Part shown: in pieces, positions 49,995 to 59,900 of the stretch
How the letters are laid out: every line of letters begins with the position of its first letter
Numbering within the stretch: the first letter of the stretch is position 1
Assembly: GCA_965214775.1 (NCBI GenBank)
Contig: OZ243974.1
Coordinates: forward strand, 160,001-224,000
Length of the DNA stretch: 64,000 nucleotides
Origin: Nitrosopumilus sp.
GTDB lineage: Archaea; Thermoproteota; Nitrososphaeria; Nitrososphaerales; Nitrosopumilaceae
Direction of reading: 5' to 3'
The notes under the pieces: generated by a model
What the model was told of the DNA's origin: nothing
Database searches by the model: none
The model's input: the letters and a program-made list of their open reading frames with translations, nothing else
Translations under genes and position numbers: made by a program

Positions 49995-50506
49995 ACAGAT
50001 ACTCGATAATCACCGGTGTTGCAATTGCGATTATTGTAATTCCATTCATCCACAGTGGGTTGAACATATACGGAGTGCAACAGCTTGAATACAGGTGGCA
50101 TAATCCGGTAAATTTTTCATTTTTTACAATGTCAAATCATGGCGAGATCGAATTTTGCAATCAGATGCCGTTTTGGACAAGCTTTCAAAGATTTGAGATT
50201 GCCACGTTTTATGAAGGAAATCATCTAGGGTCATTTGTGGTAGGCCCGCTCATTGCAAATCCCCTCACTTCATCTATTCAATCAGGAGTTTTCACATCAG
50301 AAGAATTGACAACATCACAACACATATTCATGACGATGGATTTTCAATTAGATGGCGGGGATATCAGATTGGATCCTAACGAGTTCACAGTAATTACAAA
50401 AGCAGATACCCCAATTCTAGGATTGATTCCATATTCAACATCTACACAGTATGATATTGTTGATTTTGATAATGCCATGAATTCCCTTGACTTGAGTTGC
50501 AACTAG
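49991..50506 (+). CDS. membrane-anchored hypothetical protein
   Basis: N-terminal TM helix; ATGA coupling with the previous gene. Confidence 0.7.
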   Translation: MNRYSIITGVAIAIIVIPFIHSGLNIYGVQQLEYRWHNPVNFSFFTMSNHGEIEFCNQMPFWTSFQRFEIATFYEGNHLGSFVVGPLIANPLTSSIQSGVFTSEELTTSQHIFMTMDFQLDGGDIRLDPNEFTVITKADTPILGLIPYSTSTQYDIVDFDNAMNSLDLSCN

Positions 50507-51573
50507 TTGCTACGTTTACTTGCCTTTGACATCAATGCCAAGATAATTCCAACTACTCCGGCAACAACAAATGCTGCCAGAACTCCATAAACTAGTTCCT
50601 TGCCAAAACCTTTGAAATAACCAGAGGATGCAGGAGCCGGTGTCGAATCAAGAACACATACTCCGTCTTCTAAAATTGTTCCCGGACCGCATGTTTCAAC
50701 CAAGGTGCAGACTCCGTCTTTAAGAACGGTTCCCGGACCGCATGTTTCAACCAAGGTGCAGACTCCGTCTTTAAGAACGGTTCCCGGACCGCATGTTTCA
50801 ACCAAGGTGCAGACTCCGTCTTTAAGAACGGTTCCCGGACCGCATGTTTCAACCAAGGTGCAGACTCCGTCTTTAAGAACGGTTCCCGGACCGCATTGTA
50901 CACGTGGTGGTTCCTCAGCCGGGGGCTCTGCTACGGGTGGTTCCTCAGCCGGGGGCTCTGCTACGGGTGGTTCCTCAGCCGGGGGCTCTGCTACGGGTGG
51001 TTCCTCAGCCGGGGGCTCTGCTACGGGTGGTTCCTCAGCCGGGGGCTCTGCTACATCTTGGCCAAATACAGAGCCAATAATTTCAACTTCTTCAGTGCCT
51101 GAAGGAAGTGTAATGCTTAGAGTTCTGCTTTGAATGGTAGTACTAGTTTCAGTAAAATTTGATTCATCTCCGTCTGCCAAAACAATAAAGTCATCATCAT
51201 CGCCCTGATAGATGGAATCAAAGAAGGATCTTTCAAAAGTAATATCCAAAGTTCCGTCACCATCAGGAACGTCAACAGATAAAATCAGAGAAACAAAATC
51301 CAGATCAGTTTCAATTCCAGAAACGCTCATTCCGGTTACAGCATATTCTGCGTCATAAAATGTTCCATCAACATCAACAGAAATTGTTTCTGCATATGCC
51401 AGTGCAGTTGCAATAACTGTAAACAAAACCAGTCCCAGGGATAATTTTAAAAGAGTGTCAACGCCAGGTGCCTCTGCTTTTTGAGTGCAGGCCTTGCTCT
51501 TGCCAATACCACCAACCATGATATTTTTTTCCTTTAAACTGACGTTAAAATCCATGAGCCGATAATTAATCAT
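50503..51573 (-). CDS. surface protein with Pro/Glu and Cys-rich tandem repeats (real start likely downstream)
   Basis: 5x VAEPPAEEPP (30 bp) and 5x CGPGTVLKDGVCTLVET (51 bp); C-terminal TM helix. Confidence 0.8.
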   Translation of the reverse strand: MINYRLMDFNVSLKEKNIMVGGIGKSKACTQKAEAPGVDTLLKLSLGLVLFTVIATALAYAETISVDVDGTFYDAEYAVTGMSVSGIETDLDFVSLILSVDVPDGDGTLDITFERSFFDSIYQGDDDDFIVLADGDESNFTETSTTIQSRTLSITLPSGTEEVEIIGSVFGQDVAEPPAEEPPVAEPPAEEPPVAEPPAEEPPVAEPPAEEPPVAEPPAEEPPRVQCGPGTVLKDGVCTLVETCGPGTVLKDGVCTLVETCGPGTVLKDGVCTLVETCGPGTVLKDGVCTLVETCGPGTILEDGVCVLDSTPAPASSGYFKGFGKELVYGVLAAFVVAGVVGIILALMSKASKRSN

Positions 51574-51634
51574 GTACGTGTCAAACTTTTTTGGTTATTT
51601 TTATAGTCAAGGCAGAAATTCCACTATCAAAATT

Positions 51635-52567
51635 CTAAATTACGCCTCGAAGAATCTGAATAATTTTCTCCCCTATTACATTTGCTGCAAGGGATTGGGC
51701 CTCCTTTGTTTGAGCGCCAATATGCGGAGTCAAAATCACATTGTCAAGTTCTGCAAGTTGTGTTCCGATTGCGGGTTCTTTTTCAAACACATCTAATGCA
51801 GCGCCGCCAAGAGTCCCATTTTTCAATGCATCGTACAGTGCGACCTCATCAACAACACCACCTCTAGAAGTATTGATAATTTTTGCAGTATTTTTCATAG
51901 TTGACATTTTTTCTGCGTCAATCAAATGATATGTGGAATCCAACAGTGGAACGTGAACGGAGACATAATCGGAACTTTGTAACAAGGTGTTCAAATCAGC
52001 TTTCATCAATCCGACTTCTTTTGAAAATTCTTCGTCAATTGGAACTACATCATAGCCAATGATGTTCATGTTTAATGCACGAGCCAATCTTCCCAAGCGC
52101 TTGCCAATATTTCCCAATCCAATGATTCCCAAATATTTTCCTCGAAGTTCAGTTCCTTTCAATTCTTTTTTGAGCCACTGCTCATTTCTGATTCCTCGAT
52201 CTCCCCTTGCGGTTTGCCTTGCTAGAGACAACATCAATCCCAAGACTAATTCTGCAACTGCATTCACAGCACCCTCTACTGCATTAATTACACGAATGTT
52301 CTTTGTTTTTGCTGCCTCTTGATCAACATTGTCCAGACCAACGCCAACTCTGGCAATAATTTTACAATGTTCAGCTTTGTCAATCATCTCTTTTGTGATC
52401 GTTGTTCTGCTTCTTACAATTACAATATTGAAATTTGAAATTTTTTCAAGAATCTGTTCTGCGGTGATTTCGGGCTCGTATGATACTTTGAGACCGTTAT
52501 CCTCCAAGATTTTGTTTAAGATTGGATCCACTTCATCGCAAATCAGTACAGAATCGTCAAATCCCAT
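51635..52567 (-). CDS. serA: D-3-phosphoglycerate dehydrogenase
   Basis: ARVGVGLDNVD, GLGNIG, INTSRG, LDVFEKEP, TPHIGAQT. Confidence 0.88.
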   Translation of the reverse strand: MGFDDSVLICDEVDPILNKILEDNGLKVSYEPEITAEQILEKISNFNIVIVRSRTTITKEMIDKAEHCKIIARVGVGLDNVDQEAAKTKNIRVINAVEGAVNAVAELVLGLMLSLARQTARGDRGIRNEQWLKKELKGTELRGKYLGIIGLGNIGKRLGRLARALNMNIIGYDVVPIDEEFSKEVGLMKADLNTLLQSSDYVSVHVPLLDSTYHLIDAEKMSTMKNTAKIINTSRGGVVDEVALYDALKNGTLGGAALDVFEKEPAIGTQLAELDNVILTPHIGAQTKEAQSLAANVIGEKIIQILRGVI

Positions 52568-52943
52568 AAAATAGCAAAACGAGCTACGGAATATAATTCA
52601 TGCATAATAGCAAAAAGAAAGAGATGCAAGTAAACAAAAAGCAAGAATTTCTGTAACTGCAGAAATTACTTGCCACAATGCGACATAATTTCAACCTGCC
52701 TGCATTTCAAAAGATATAGTGACGGCTGAAAGTTCTTGAACTGCACAACATCATACTCTCCGTAAAATCATGTGTGAACGGGAAATTTGGATGGATGTTT
52801 TACGCCTAGAAAATCTGGTATCCGGCGTTGTGCTTTTTGACATGACCCGGTTTTTGCGTGCATTATGACAGAATCCACATACAACAGTTTGATCTGATTG
52901 ACACATTTATGTCCGGAAAGTCTTGCGGAATTTTTAATCACAG

Positions 52944-53020
52944 CCGATTACGCATAAAGTCTGGTGCATTTGTTCGTAATAACCTCAGATCTGAACCGAT
53001 TACGCATAAAGTCTGGTGCA
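52944..53020. repeat. 25-bp direct repeat pair with 27-bp spacer
   Basis: ccgattacgcataaagtctggtgca at 52944-52968 and 52996-53020; similar motif at 59789. Confidence 0.8.
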
Positions 53021-53079
53021 GATCATGAAGATTCGGCAAAAAAGAATGAGTTATAGGGAAAATATTCGGCAAAGCCAGC

Positions 53080-54441
53080 ATGAAGTTCAGACTGGATCAG
53101 GATTCACTAGGAAAAGTCAAAATCCCTTCAGACGCATACTATGGCGCATTTACCGGCAGGGCAATCAAACAGTACAAAGTAACAGGCCACAAGGCCCACG
53201 AGAACCTGATCAAGTCGTTTGTTATGATAAAGCGTTCAGCAGCAGTTGCCAACATGAAAACAAGGGCAATAGACAACAAGAGAGGAAGAGCAATTGTTGC
53301 TGCATGCGATAAAATCCTGGCAGGAAAACACGTTGATCAGTTTGTAGTCGATATGATAAACTCGGGAGCTGGAACTGCATTTAACATGAATTCCAACGAA
53401 GTTATTTCAAATATAGCACTCGAAGTAATGAAAAAGAAAAGAGGCCAGTACGAATTCCTGCATCCAAATGACCACGTAAACATGTCACAATCAAGCAATG
53501 ATACATACCCAACTGCCATGCATGTGGCAATTTTGATGAATCTGAAAGGAACGATTCCGGCAATTGATGTTTTGATCAGGTCATTGAAAAAGAAAGCAAA
53601 ACAGTTCTCAACCTTTAAGAAAATCGGAAGGACCCACCTGATGGATGCCCTTCCCGTCACGCTTGGAGGCGAATTTGCAGCTTATGCCACATCAATTGCC
53701 AAAGCTAGAAGTGAAATTGTCGCATCACAAAAAGAACTGCAAAATGTTGCATTGGGCGGAACAGCTGTCGGTTCTGGTGCAAACACACCAAAAGGATATA
53801 GAAAAATTGCAATTGCAGAACTGGCAAAGATCTCAAAACTTCCGCTAAAACCTGAGAAAGACATGCAGCATGGCTTGCAAAGCAAGTTTGCAGTTGCCAG
53901 CATGTCTGGCACACTTAGAAACCTGGCATTGGAAATCGGAAAGCTTGCAAATGACATCAGGTTAATGGCATCAGGACCAATTGCGGGACTAGCCGAATTG
54001 GGAATTCCTGCAGTACATGCAGGCTCGTCCATCATGCCTGGAAAAGTGAACCCGTCACTTGCAGAATGTATGAACATGGTTTGCTTTAACATAATCGGAA
54101 ATGATACTACAGTATCCTATGCAGCCCAGAGCGGTCAATTTGAGTTAAATGTCATGTTACCTGGCATGCTAAAGTGCATGCTAGAATCAACTGACATGCT
54201 GAAAAACTTTCTGCCAATATTTTCTGCAAATCTGATTGATGGCCTGACAGCAAACAGGGACAGACTAAAGGCAGATATCGAAAACAGTCCAGTAATTGTG
54301 ACTTTGCTTACGCCAAAAATAGGATACCTGAAAGCAGCAGAACTGTTCAAGGAGTCATTAAAGACGGGAAAGACAATCAGGGAGCTGGTCGTTTCAAAGA
54401 AGCTGATGACAAACAAGGAAATCGATTCTCTATTTGGATAA
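53080..54441 (+). CDS. fumC: class II fumarate hydratase / aspartate ammonia-lyase family
   Basis: HPNDHVNMSQSSND, GRTHLMDA, GSSIMPGKVNP. Confidence 0.85.
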   Translation: MKFRLDQDSLGKVKIPSDAYYGAFTGRAIKQYKVTGHKAHENLIKSFVMIKRSAAVANMKTRAIDNKRGRAIVAACDKILAGKHVDQFVVDMINSGAGTAFNMNSNEVISNIALEVMKKKRGQYEFLHPNDHVNMSQSSNDTYPTAMHVAILMNLKGTIPAIDVLIRSLKKKAKQFSTFKKIGRTHLMDALPVTLGGEFAAYATSIAKARSEIVASQKELQNVALGGTAVGSGANTPKGYRKIAIAELAKISKLPLKPEKDMQHGLQSKFAVASMSGTLRNLALEIGKLANDIRLMASGPIAGLAELGIPAVHAGSSIMPGKVNPSLAECMNMVCFNIIGNDTTVSYAAQSGQFELNVMLPGMLKCMLESTDMLKNFLPIFSANLIDGLTANRDRLKADIENSPVIVTLLTPKIGYLKAAELFKESLKTGKTIRELVVSKKLMTNKEIDSLFG

Positions 54442-54444
54442 ACT

Positions 54445-55713
54445 ATGGCAAAAATTTTCGTAGAGGCATACGGGTGTTCTGCTAGCTTTGCAGATTCAGA
54501 AATGATTTCAGGACTGGTTCAAAATGGAGGCCATACACTTGTCGAGGATCCCTCCCAGTCAGATCTAAATGTCGTAGTTACATGTTCTGTAAAAGATGCA
54601 ACTGCAAACAAAATGATCCACAGAATAAAGTCATTGAAGGCAAAGCCGTTGGTTGTTGCAGGGTGTCTTCCCAAGGCAGAAAAAGATACAGTAGAGAGAT
54701 TTGCTGAAAATGCAAGCCTGCTAGGACCAAACTCACTAGGTCAGACTCTTCAGGTGATCAATTCAGCCCTAAAGGGAAGAAAAGAGACGGCACTAGAAGA
54801 TTCCGATCTGTCCAAGGTAGGACTGCCAAAAGTCAGACTAAATCCAGCAGTAGGCATTGTAGAGATTGCAAGTGGATGTATGAGTGAATGCACATTCTGT
54901 CAGACCAAGTTATCAAAAGGAGATCTTGTCAGTTACAGGTTGGGAGATATTGTAAGGCAGGTCAAAATTGAAATTAGTGACGGTTGTAAAGAGATTTGGC
55001 TAACGTCTACGGACAATGGATGTTATGGTTTTGACATTGGAACGGACTTGCCATCACTGGTTAATGCGGTTGCAGAAATTCCAGAGGATTTCATGCTAAG
55101 AGTCGGAATGATGAATCCAATGTACATGCCAAGAATCAAAGAGGAGTTAGTAAAATCATTTGATAATGACAAGGTATTCAAATTTTTACATGTTCCAGTT
55201 CAGAGCGGCAGTGACAAAGTTCTCCACGACATGAAGAGGGGGCATACTGCCAGTACTTATAGAGAAATCGTCCAAAAAGTGAGAGACAGGTTCGAAGACT
55301 TTACAATTTCAACTGATATCATAGTAGGATTTCCTTCAGAGACAGAGGAAGACTTTGAGAAGACAGTCAAGTTAATTGATGAGACAAGGCCCGAAGTGGT
55401 CAATCTGTCCAGATACAGTGCAAGGCCAGGAACTAAAGCAGCAGGGTGGGAGCAGATTGATGTTGGCGAAGTGAAAAGAAGAAGCAAGGGAATTTTTGAG
55501 CAGATCAGCAAAATCACCCTAAAAAATAATCAAAAGTGGATCGGATGGACCGGTAGGGTCCTCTTTGATGAAAGGACAGATGAAGGAATCAAGGGGAGAA
55601 ACTACGCTTACAAGCCGATATTTGTCAAAGATAGTGTGGATATCGGACAAACAGCGGTCGTAGAAATTACTGGGGCAACTGTAAGTGGCCTTGTTGGAAA
55701 GATCGCAAGCTAA
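54445..55713 (+). CDS. mtaB: tRNA t6A methylthiotransferase (radical SAM, e-MtaB type)
   Basis: YGCSAS, GCMSECTFC, DIIVGFPSET, TRAM domain. Confidence 0.87.
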   Translation: MAKIFVEAYGCSASFADSEMISGLVQNGGHTLVEDPSQSDLNVVVTCSVKDATANKMIHRIKSLKAKPLVVAGCLPKAEKDTVERFAENASLLGPNSLGQTLQVINSALKGRKETALEDSDLSKVGLPKVRLNPAVGIVEIASGCMSECTFCQTKLSKGDLVSYRLGDIVRQVKIEISDGCKEIWLTSTDNGCYGFDIGTDLPSLVNAVAEIPEDFMLRVGMMNPMYMPRIKEELVKSFDNDKVFKFLHVPVQSGSDKVLHDMKRGHTASTYREIVQKVRDRFEDFTISTDIIVGFPSETEEDFEKTVKLIDETRPEVVNLSRYSARPGTKAAGWEQIDVGEVKRRSKGIFEQISKITLKNNQKWIGWTGRVLFDERTDEGIKGRNYAYKPIFVKDSVDIGQTAVVEITGATVSGLVGKIAS

Positions 55714-55785
55714 ATTTTTTAGATCTAAAATTTGATTAAAAAAACGTAAGAAGGTTTTTTATGGAAATATCCAAACAGGATCAGA

Positions 55786-56733
55786 ATGAGTTTCCAGGTA
55801 AAAGAGCCGGTACTAGTGATTGGTCTGGGAGGGGCAGGCTCAAAATTGGCAATAAATGCAAAAGATGTCCTCAATTCAGACTGCATGGTAATCAGTAACG
55901 ATGTCAAAGACTTGCAGACAGGCACAGTAACTTCAGTTCACGTTTCAACTGACCCAATAGTAAATCCATCTATTCAACTAATCAGAGGCTCAACTTACAA
56001 AGTATCCAAAGCAATCAAGGCCAAGATCAGCGATTATTCCACAGTTGTAATGATGAGTAACCTTGCAGGCAAGGCAGGTTCTGCCATTGCCCCGGTGGTT
56101 TCTGAAATTTGCAAGGAATCCAATGTAGGGCTGGTTTCGTTTGCAATCATGCCATTCAAGTATGAAAAAGACAGAATTTTCAACTCTGGTGTGTCTCTGA
56201 AGAGAGTAAGAGAGAATTCAGAATGTACGGTTGTTTTAGATAATGACGCATTACTAGAAAACAATCCAGGCCTAAGTGCAAAATCATGTCACGATATTGC
56301 AAATTCTGCAATTATGCACGTAATAAAATCACTAGAATCATCTGAAATAAGAGAAGATACAAGCATTCTCTCAGCAGGCAAAGATGGTCAAGATATGGAA
56401 GACTCTTTGAGGGATTCGTTGAAGATGCTATATGATAACGCGCCGCCAGCATCAGTAAAGAGTTCAATGTTGTATGTAGTTGGTGGCAGTAACATCCCAG
56501 TGGGGGTTTTGAATTCCATTACAAGTATGACCAGTGGGATTATCAACGAAAGCCAATCACAAGTCGATATGACTTCAGACGAATCAAACGTAGTGATGTT
56601 GTCATCAGTTCAAGGAATGACAAAATTTGATAACTATGATCCGCTTGGAGCAATTCCTCACGAAGATTATCTTGATTGGTCAACTCCCGAATGCAGTATT
56701 GATTGTCAACTAGACATTTACCAGATAGAATAA
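55786..56733 (+). CDS. ftsZ: thaumarchaeal FtsZ-like protein
   Basis: IGLGGAG, PFKYE, LDND; degenerate tubulin signature (LAGKAGS). Confidence 0.85.
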   Translation: MSFQVKEPVLVIGLGGAGSKLAINAKDVLNSDCMVISNDVKDLQTGTVTSVHVSTDPIVNPSIQLIRGSTYKVSKAIKAKISDYSTVVMMSNLAGKAGSAIAPVVSEICKESNVGLVSFAIMPFKYEKDRIFNSGVSLKRVRENSECTVVLDNDALLENNPGLSAKSCHDIANSAIMHVIKSLESSEIREDTSILSAGKDGQDMEDSLRDSLKMLYDNAPPASVKSSMLYVVGGSNIPVGVLNSITSMTSGIINESQSQVDMTSDESNVVMLSSVQGMTKFDNYDPLGAIPHEDYLDWSTPECSIDCQLDIYQIE

Positions 56734-56766
56734 AATAATTTTTTAAAATTAGTTTTTTGGAAAGAA

Positions 56767-57720
56767 TTACTCTTTTGGGTCTTCTTCTTTCTTTGGCGGC
56801 GCATTAGCTGATTCTTCTGCTGCAGGCTCTGCTGGATCACCCTCAACCTTTTGCTCTGCTGCAGGCTCTGCTGGATCACCCTCAACCTTTTGCTCTGCTG
56901 CAGGCTCTGCTGGATCACCCTCAACCTTTTGCTCTGCTGCAGGCTCTGCTGGATCACCCTCAACCTTTTGCTCTGCTGCAGGCTCTGCTGGATCACCCTC
57001 AACCTTTTGCTCTGCTGCAGGCTCTGCTGGATCACCCTCAACCTTTTGCTCTGCTGCAGGCTCTGCTGGATCACCCTCAACCTTTTGCTCTGCTGCAGGC
57101 TCTGCTGGATCACCCTCAACCTTTTGCTCTGCTGCAGGCTCTGCTGGATCACCCTCAACCTTTTGCTCTGCTGCAGGCTCTGCTGGATCACCCTCAACCT
57201 TTTGCTCTGCTGCAGGCTCTGCTGGATCACCCTCAACCTTTTGCTCTGCTGCAGGCTCTGCTGGATCACCCTCAACCTTTTGCTCTGCTGCAGGCTCTGC
57301 TGGATCACCCTCAACCTTTTGCTCTGCTGCAGGCTCTGCTGGATCACCCTCAACCTTTTGCTCTGCTGCAGGCTCTGCTGGATCACCCTCAACCTTTTGC
57401 TCTGCTGGATCACCCTCAACCTTGAGAGTCTCTTTTTCTGGAACTGCTTTAGATTCTGCTTCTTCATCATATGGAGAAACTAAAACATAGCCTTCGTCAG
57501 TTTTATTCATTCTAACTCTAATCTTTCTTGGAGGACTTCGAACCCCTTTTGCCCAAATTTGCCAAGCTAGTTCTTCCTCAATTTTGACATCCTCAACTTT
57601 CATGTGATGTCTTGCAAATTCTTTAATCATGTTAATTGCTCGAACAGCCCTATGTTGAGATTGAGAAAGTAACACTTTACCTAAATTAATTGTATAAACT
57701 CGTTCTAATTCTTGAGACAT
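56767..57720 (-). CDS. rpl31e: 50S ribosomal protein eL31 with repeat-expanded acidic tail
   Basis: ERVYTINL...RAVRAI...IWAKGVRSPPRKIRVR. Confidence 0.93.
   Translation of the reverse strand: MSQELERVYTINLGKVLLSQSQHRAVRAINMIKEFARHHMKVEDVKIEEELAWQIWAKGVRSPPRKIRVRMNKTDEGYVLVSPYDEEAESKAVPEKETLKVEGDPAEQKVEGDPAEPAAEQKVEGDPAEPAAEQKVEGDPAEPAAEQKVEGDPAEPAAEQKVEGDPAEPAAEQKVEGDPAEPAAEQKVEGDPAEPAAEQKVEGDPAEPAAEQKVEGDPAEPAAEQKVEGDPAEPAAEQKVEGDPAEPAAEQKVEGDPAEPAAEQKVEGDPAEPAAEQKVEGDPAEPAAEQKVEGDPAEPAAEESANAPPKKEEDPKE
56812..57423 (-). repeat. 39-bp tandem repeat x15 plus one partial (KVEGDPAEPAAEQ)
   Basis: Near-perfect tandem array in frame in rpl31e. Confidence 0.95.
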
Positions 57721-57879
57721 CTATCCTACCTCCGCATCAGTTGATCTCCAAGCTCTGCGTTTTGGATTTGTTCTGACATTTCTCTTTGTTTTGAGAATAA
57801 TCCAAGCTGGCACTGGCGATGCCTGCTTTGTTTTCTTGAGCAGGCGAATCTTTCTTGGAGAGGACTTGCGTGCAGCCAT
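57721..57879 (-). CDS. rpl39e: 50S ribosomal protein eL39
   Basis: Manual translation MAARKSSPRKIRLLKKTKQASPVPAWIILKTKRNVRTNPKRRAWRSTDAEVG. Confidence 0.93.
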   Translation of the reverse strand: MAARKSSPRKIRLLKKTKQASPVPAWIILKTKRNVRTNPKRRAWRSTDAEVG

Positions 57880-58101
57880 AGATTTTCAGGCACGCGGAGC
57901 TCTTTTTAAATCCTGTGTTTCAATTGGCTGCAAACAATGAAGGGGAAAGATGCGTTTTATTGCATAGGAATCCGCATATGATGCCTGGGGAAAGTACGAG
58001 GTCTTTGTAATCAAGGGACGAGTCATCATTTTTCCCAATTTCATTTACAGATTCCAAGACGAATAAAAAATTAGGCCTGCTAAGAAATACAGGTTTGGTT
58101 G

Positions 58102-58230
58102 GGGGCCGTTGCCTAATTCCACTTGTTTGGCTCAATTCACACGTTTTTCTGAATTTTTGCCCTTTTGCACACCTGATCCACTGGCATCTCAACGGTTTTC
58201 AGGAATTCTGGCAAATTAGGAAACAACCCC
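58102..58230 (-). mobile_element. MITE family F (reverse)
   Basis: Reverse homolog of 59373-59501. Confidence 0.85.
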
Positions 58231-58234
58231 AAAG

Positions 58235-59018
58235 CAACATGACGAGGATCTCAGAGCAGAACCCGAGGAGTGCGGCTTTGAGAGCAACCTGTGGGACTTG
58301 CGTATGACAATGCCATACATCAAAAAGAAGTTCGGCGCAGAATACACAGTAAAAGCGACGCGCTGCTGCTTGCACACAAGTTTGGATTCTCCTGGAAAAA
58401 TCCAGGCCAAAGAACCCAAAGTCAGCCTCAAAGCGCAGGCAAAACGAGCTCAAGGAGGCAGTACAAAAGATGATACGGGGAAAAAGGCGCAAGGCTACGG
58501 TACTAGCAGAAGACGAGTCATCCATACAAAAGACCACGAGTAGATCGGGACACGGGTGGACAAAGCGCGGCAGGAGCACCACATCTCCCTTATCGCTGTC
58601 ACGGCAGTGACGGTACATCTTCGGCGTGCTGGCAGCCAGCATATTCTACTTTATGTTCTGTGAGAAGACCAATGCCGACAGCTTTTGTGACTTTCTGGAA
58701 AGGGTGCACAAGGAGTTCGACAAGGTGCTGACATTCTTAGATAATGCGTCATGCCACAAGTCTGCCGGCGTAAAGGAGATACTGGAAAAGTATAACAGCG
58801 AGATAATACTGGAAAAGTATAACAGCGAGATAATACTGGAGCACATACTGTCGTACACGCCGGAACTCAATCATGTGGAGATACAGTGGAGGGAGATAAA
58901 GCGGAGGCTGTCTGCCAGGGTGTTTGATACGCTCGATGACATGGAGCAGTACGTGCGGAATCTGTTTGCAAGAGGAGAGGTCCTGCCGGTAAAGATGTTC
59001 CGATATTTGATGGGTTGA
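58235..59018 (+). pseudogene. degenerate IS630-family transposase (different lineage)
   Basis: Fragments YIKKKFGAEYT, EDES, FLDNASCHK, YTPELNHVE; frameshifts and a 27-bp duplication. Confidence 0.8.
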
Positions 59019-59372
59019 CCGGATCAGCATGTCGTGTTTCCTACTGTCGGGTTTGGTATACCCTGCAGACGTTGATTGACGTGACAAGTGCCTCCATTTT
59101 GTTCCAGCGTTCCATATGTCGGGCCAGTGCGCCTTGCGGAGGCGTGAGCACTGTCTGGAAGGAATGCCCCTTAACATCATGAAATTTTGTCTGTCTGTTT
59201 TCCCATGCACGTGCGTATGGCTTGCCTGATCCTAATCTTTGGATCAAAAACAGTTGTTAAGATTGTCCGCTTCTTTTATGCGCTGACTACATCTGAACCT
59301 ATACCGTCAGAGAATCATTACTGATCTTAGGGTTGCAGGTATGTAAACCATGATCTGCTGTGTCATATTTTT

Positions 59373-59501
59373 GGGGTTGTCTCTTAATTCGCCAGAATTC
59401 CTGAAAACCGTTGAGATGCCAGTGGATCAGGTGTGCAAAAGGGCGAAAATTCAGAAAAACGTACAGTTTGAGTTAAATCAGTGGAATTAGACGACAACCC
59501 C
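59373..59501 (+). mobile_element. MITE family F (129 bp)
   Basis: TIR ggggttgtc..taatt/aattag..gacaacccc; 9-bp duplication CATATTTTT. Confidence 0.9.
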
Positions 59502-59531
59502 CATATTTTTAGATCAGATAGACCAATTACG

Positions 59532-59660
59532 GAGGTTGTCTCCTAATTCGCCAGAATTCCTGAAAACCGTTGAGATGCCAGTGGATCAGGTGTGCAAAAG
59601 GGCGAAAATTCAGAAAAACGTACAGTTTGAGTTAAATCAGTGGAATTAGACGACAACCCC
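59532..59660 (+). mobile_element. MITE family F, second copy
   Basis: Near-identical to 59373 copy; CCAATTACG duplication separated by the MITE C insertion. Confidence 0.88.
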
Positions 59661-59662
59661 CC

Positions 59663-59783
59663 CAGTCTTCCCAGATGTGCACAGCTTGTGTCGGTGGAGA
59701 CGGTGATGTGTGGATCTGCAGGAAGCTTGGTTTGAACTGTTTGAAGATTGGAGCCGCTTTTTGTGTTACTTTTGGGAAGACTG
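59663..59783 (+). mobile_element. MITE family C
   Basis: 121 bp, inserted in a poly-C run. Confidence 0.87.
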
Positions 59784-59900
59784 CCCCCCCAATTACGCAT
59801 AAAATCTAATGGATTTGCTAGTCTTGCAGAATCAACAAGAAGACAGTAGTTGACAAGACTTGGCTGTCATGAAGACATCTGGTTGTAACGATGAATGGAT

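Noticed and set aside
50670-51133. Regular repeats resembling a CRISPR array, and overlapping ORFs
   Set aside because: Tandem repeats without spacers, in frame in a surface-protein gene.
52944-53020. Mini-CRISPR or dif-like site
   Set aside because: Only two repeats; similarity to 59789 extends into the spacer, pointing to IS-end remnants; no matching right dif arm.
55786-56733. FtsZ lacking the GGGTG signature
   Set aside because: Known property of thaumarchaeal FtsZ; not novel.
56718-57483. Long ORFs with repeating QQSKRLRVI / CCRLCWITLNLLL
   Set aside because: Stop-free alternative frames of the 39-bp repeat in rpl31e.
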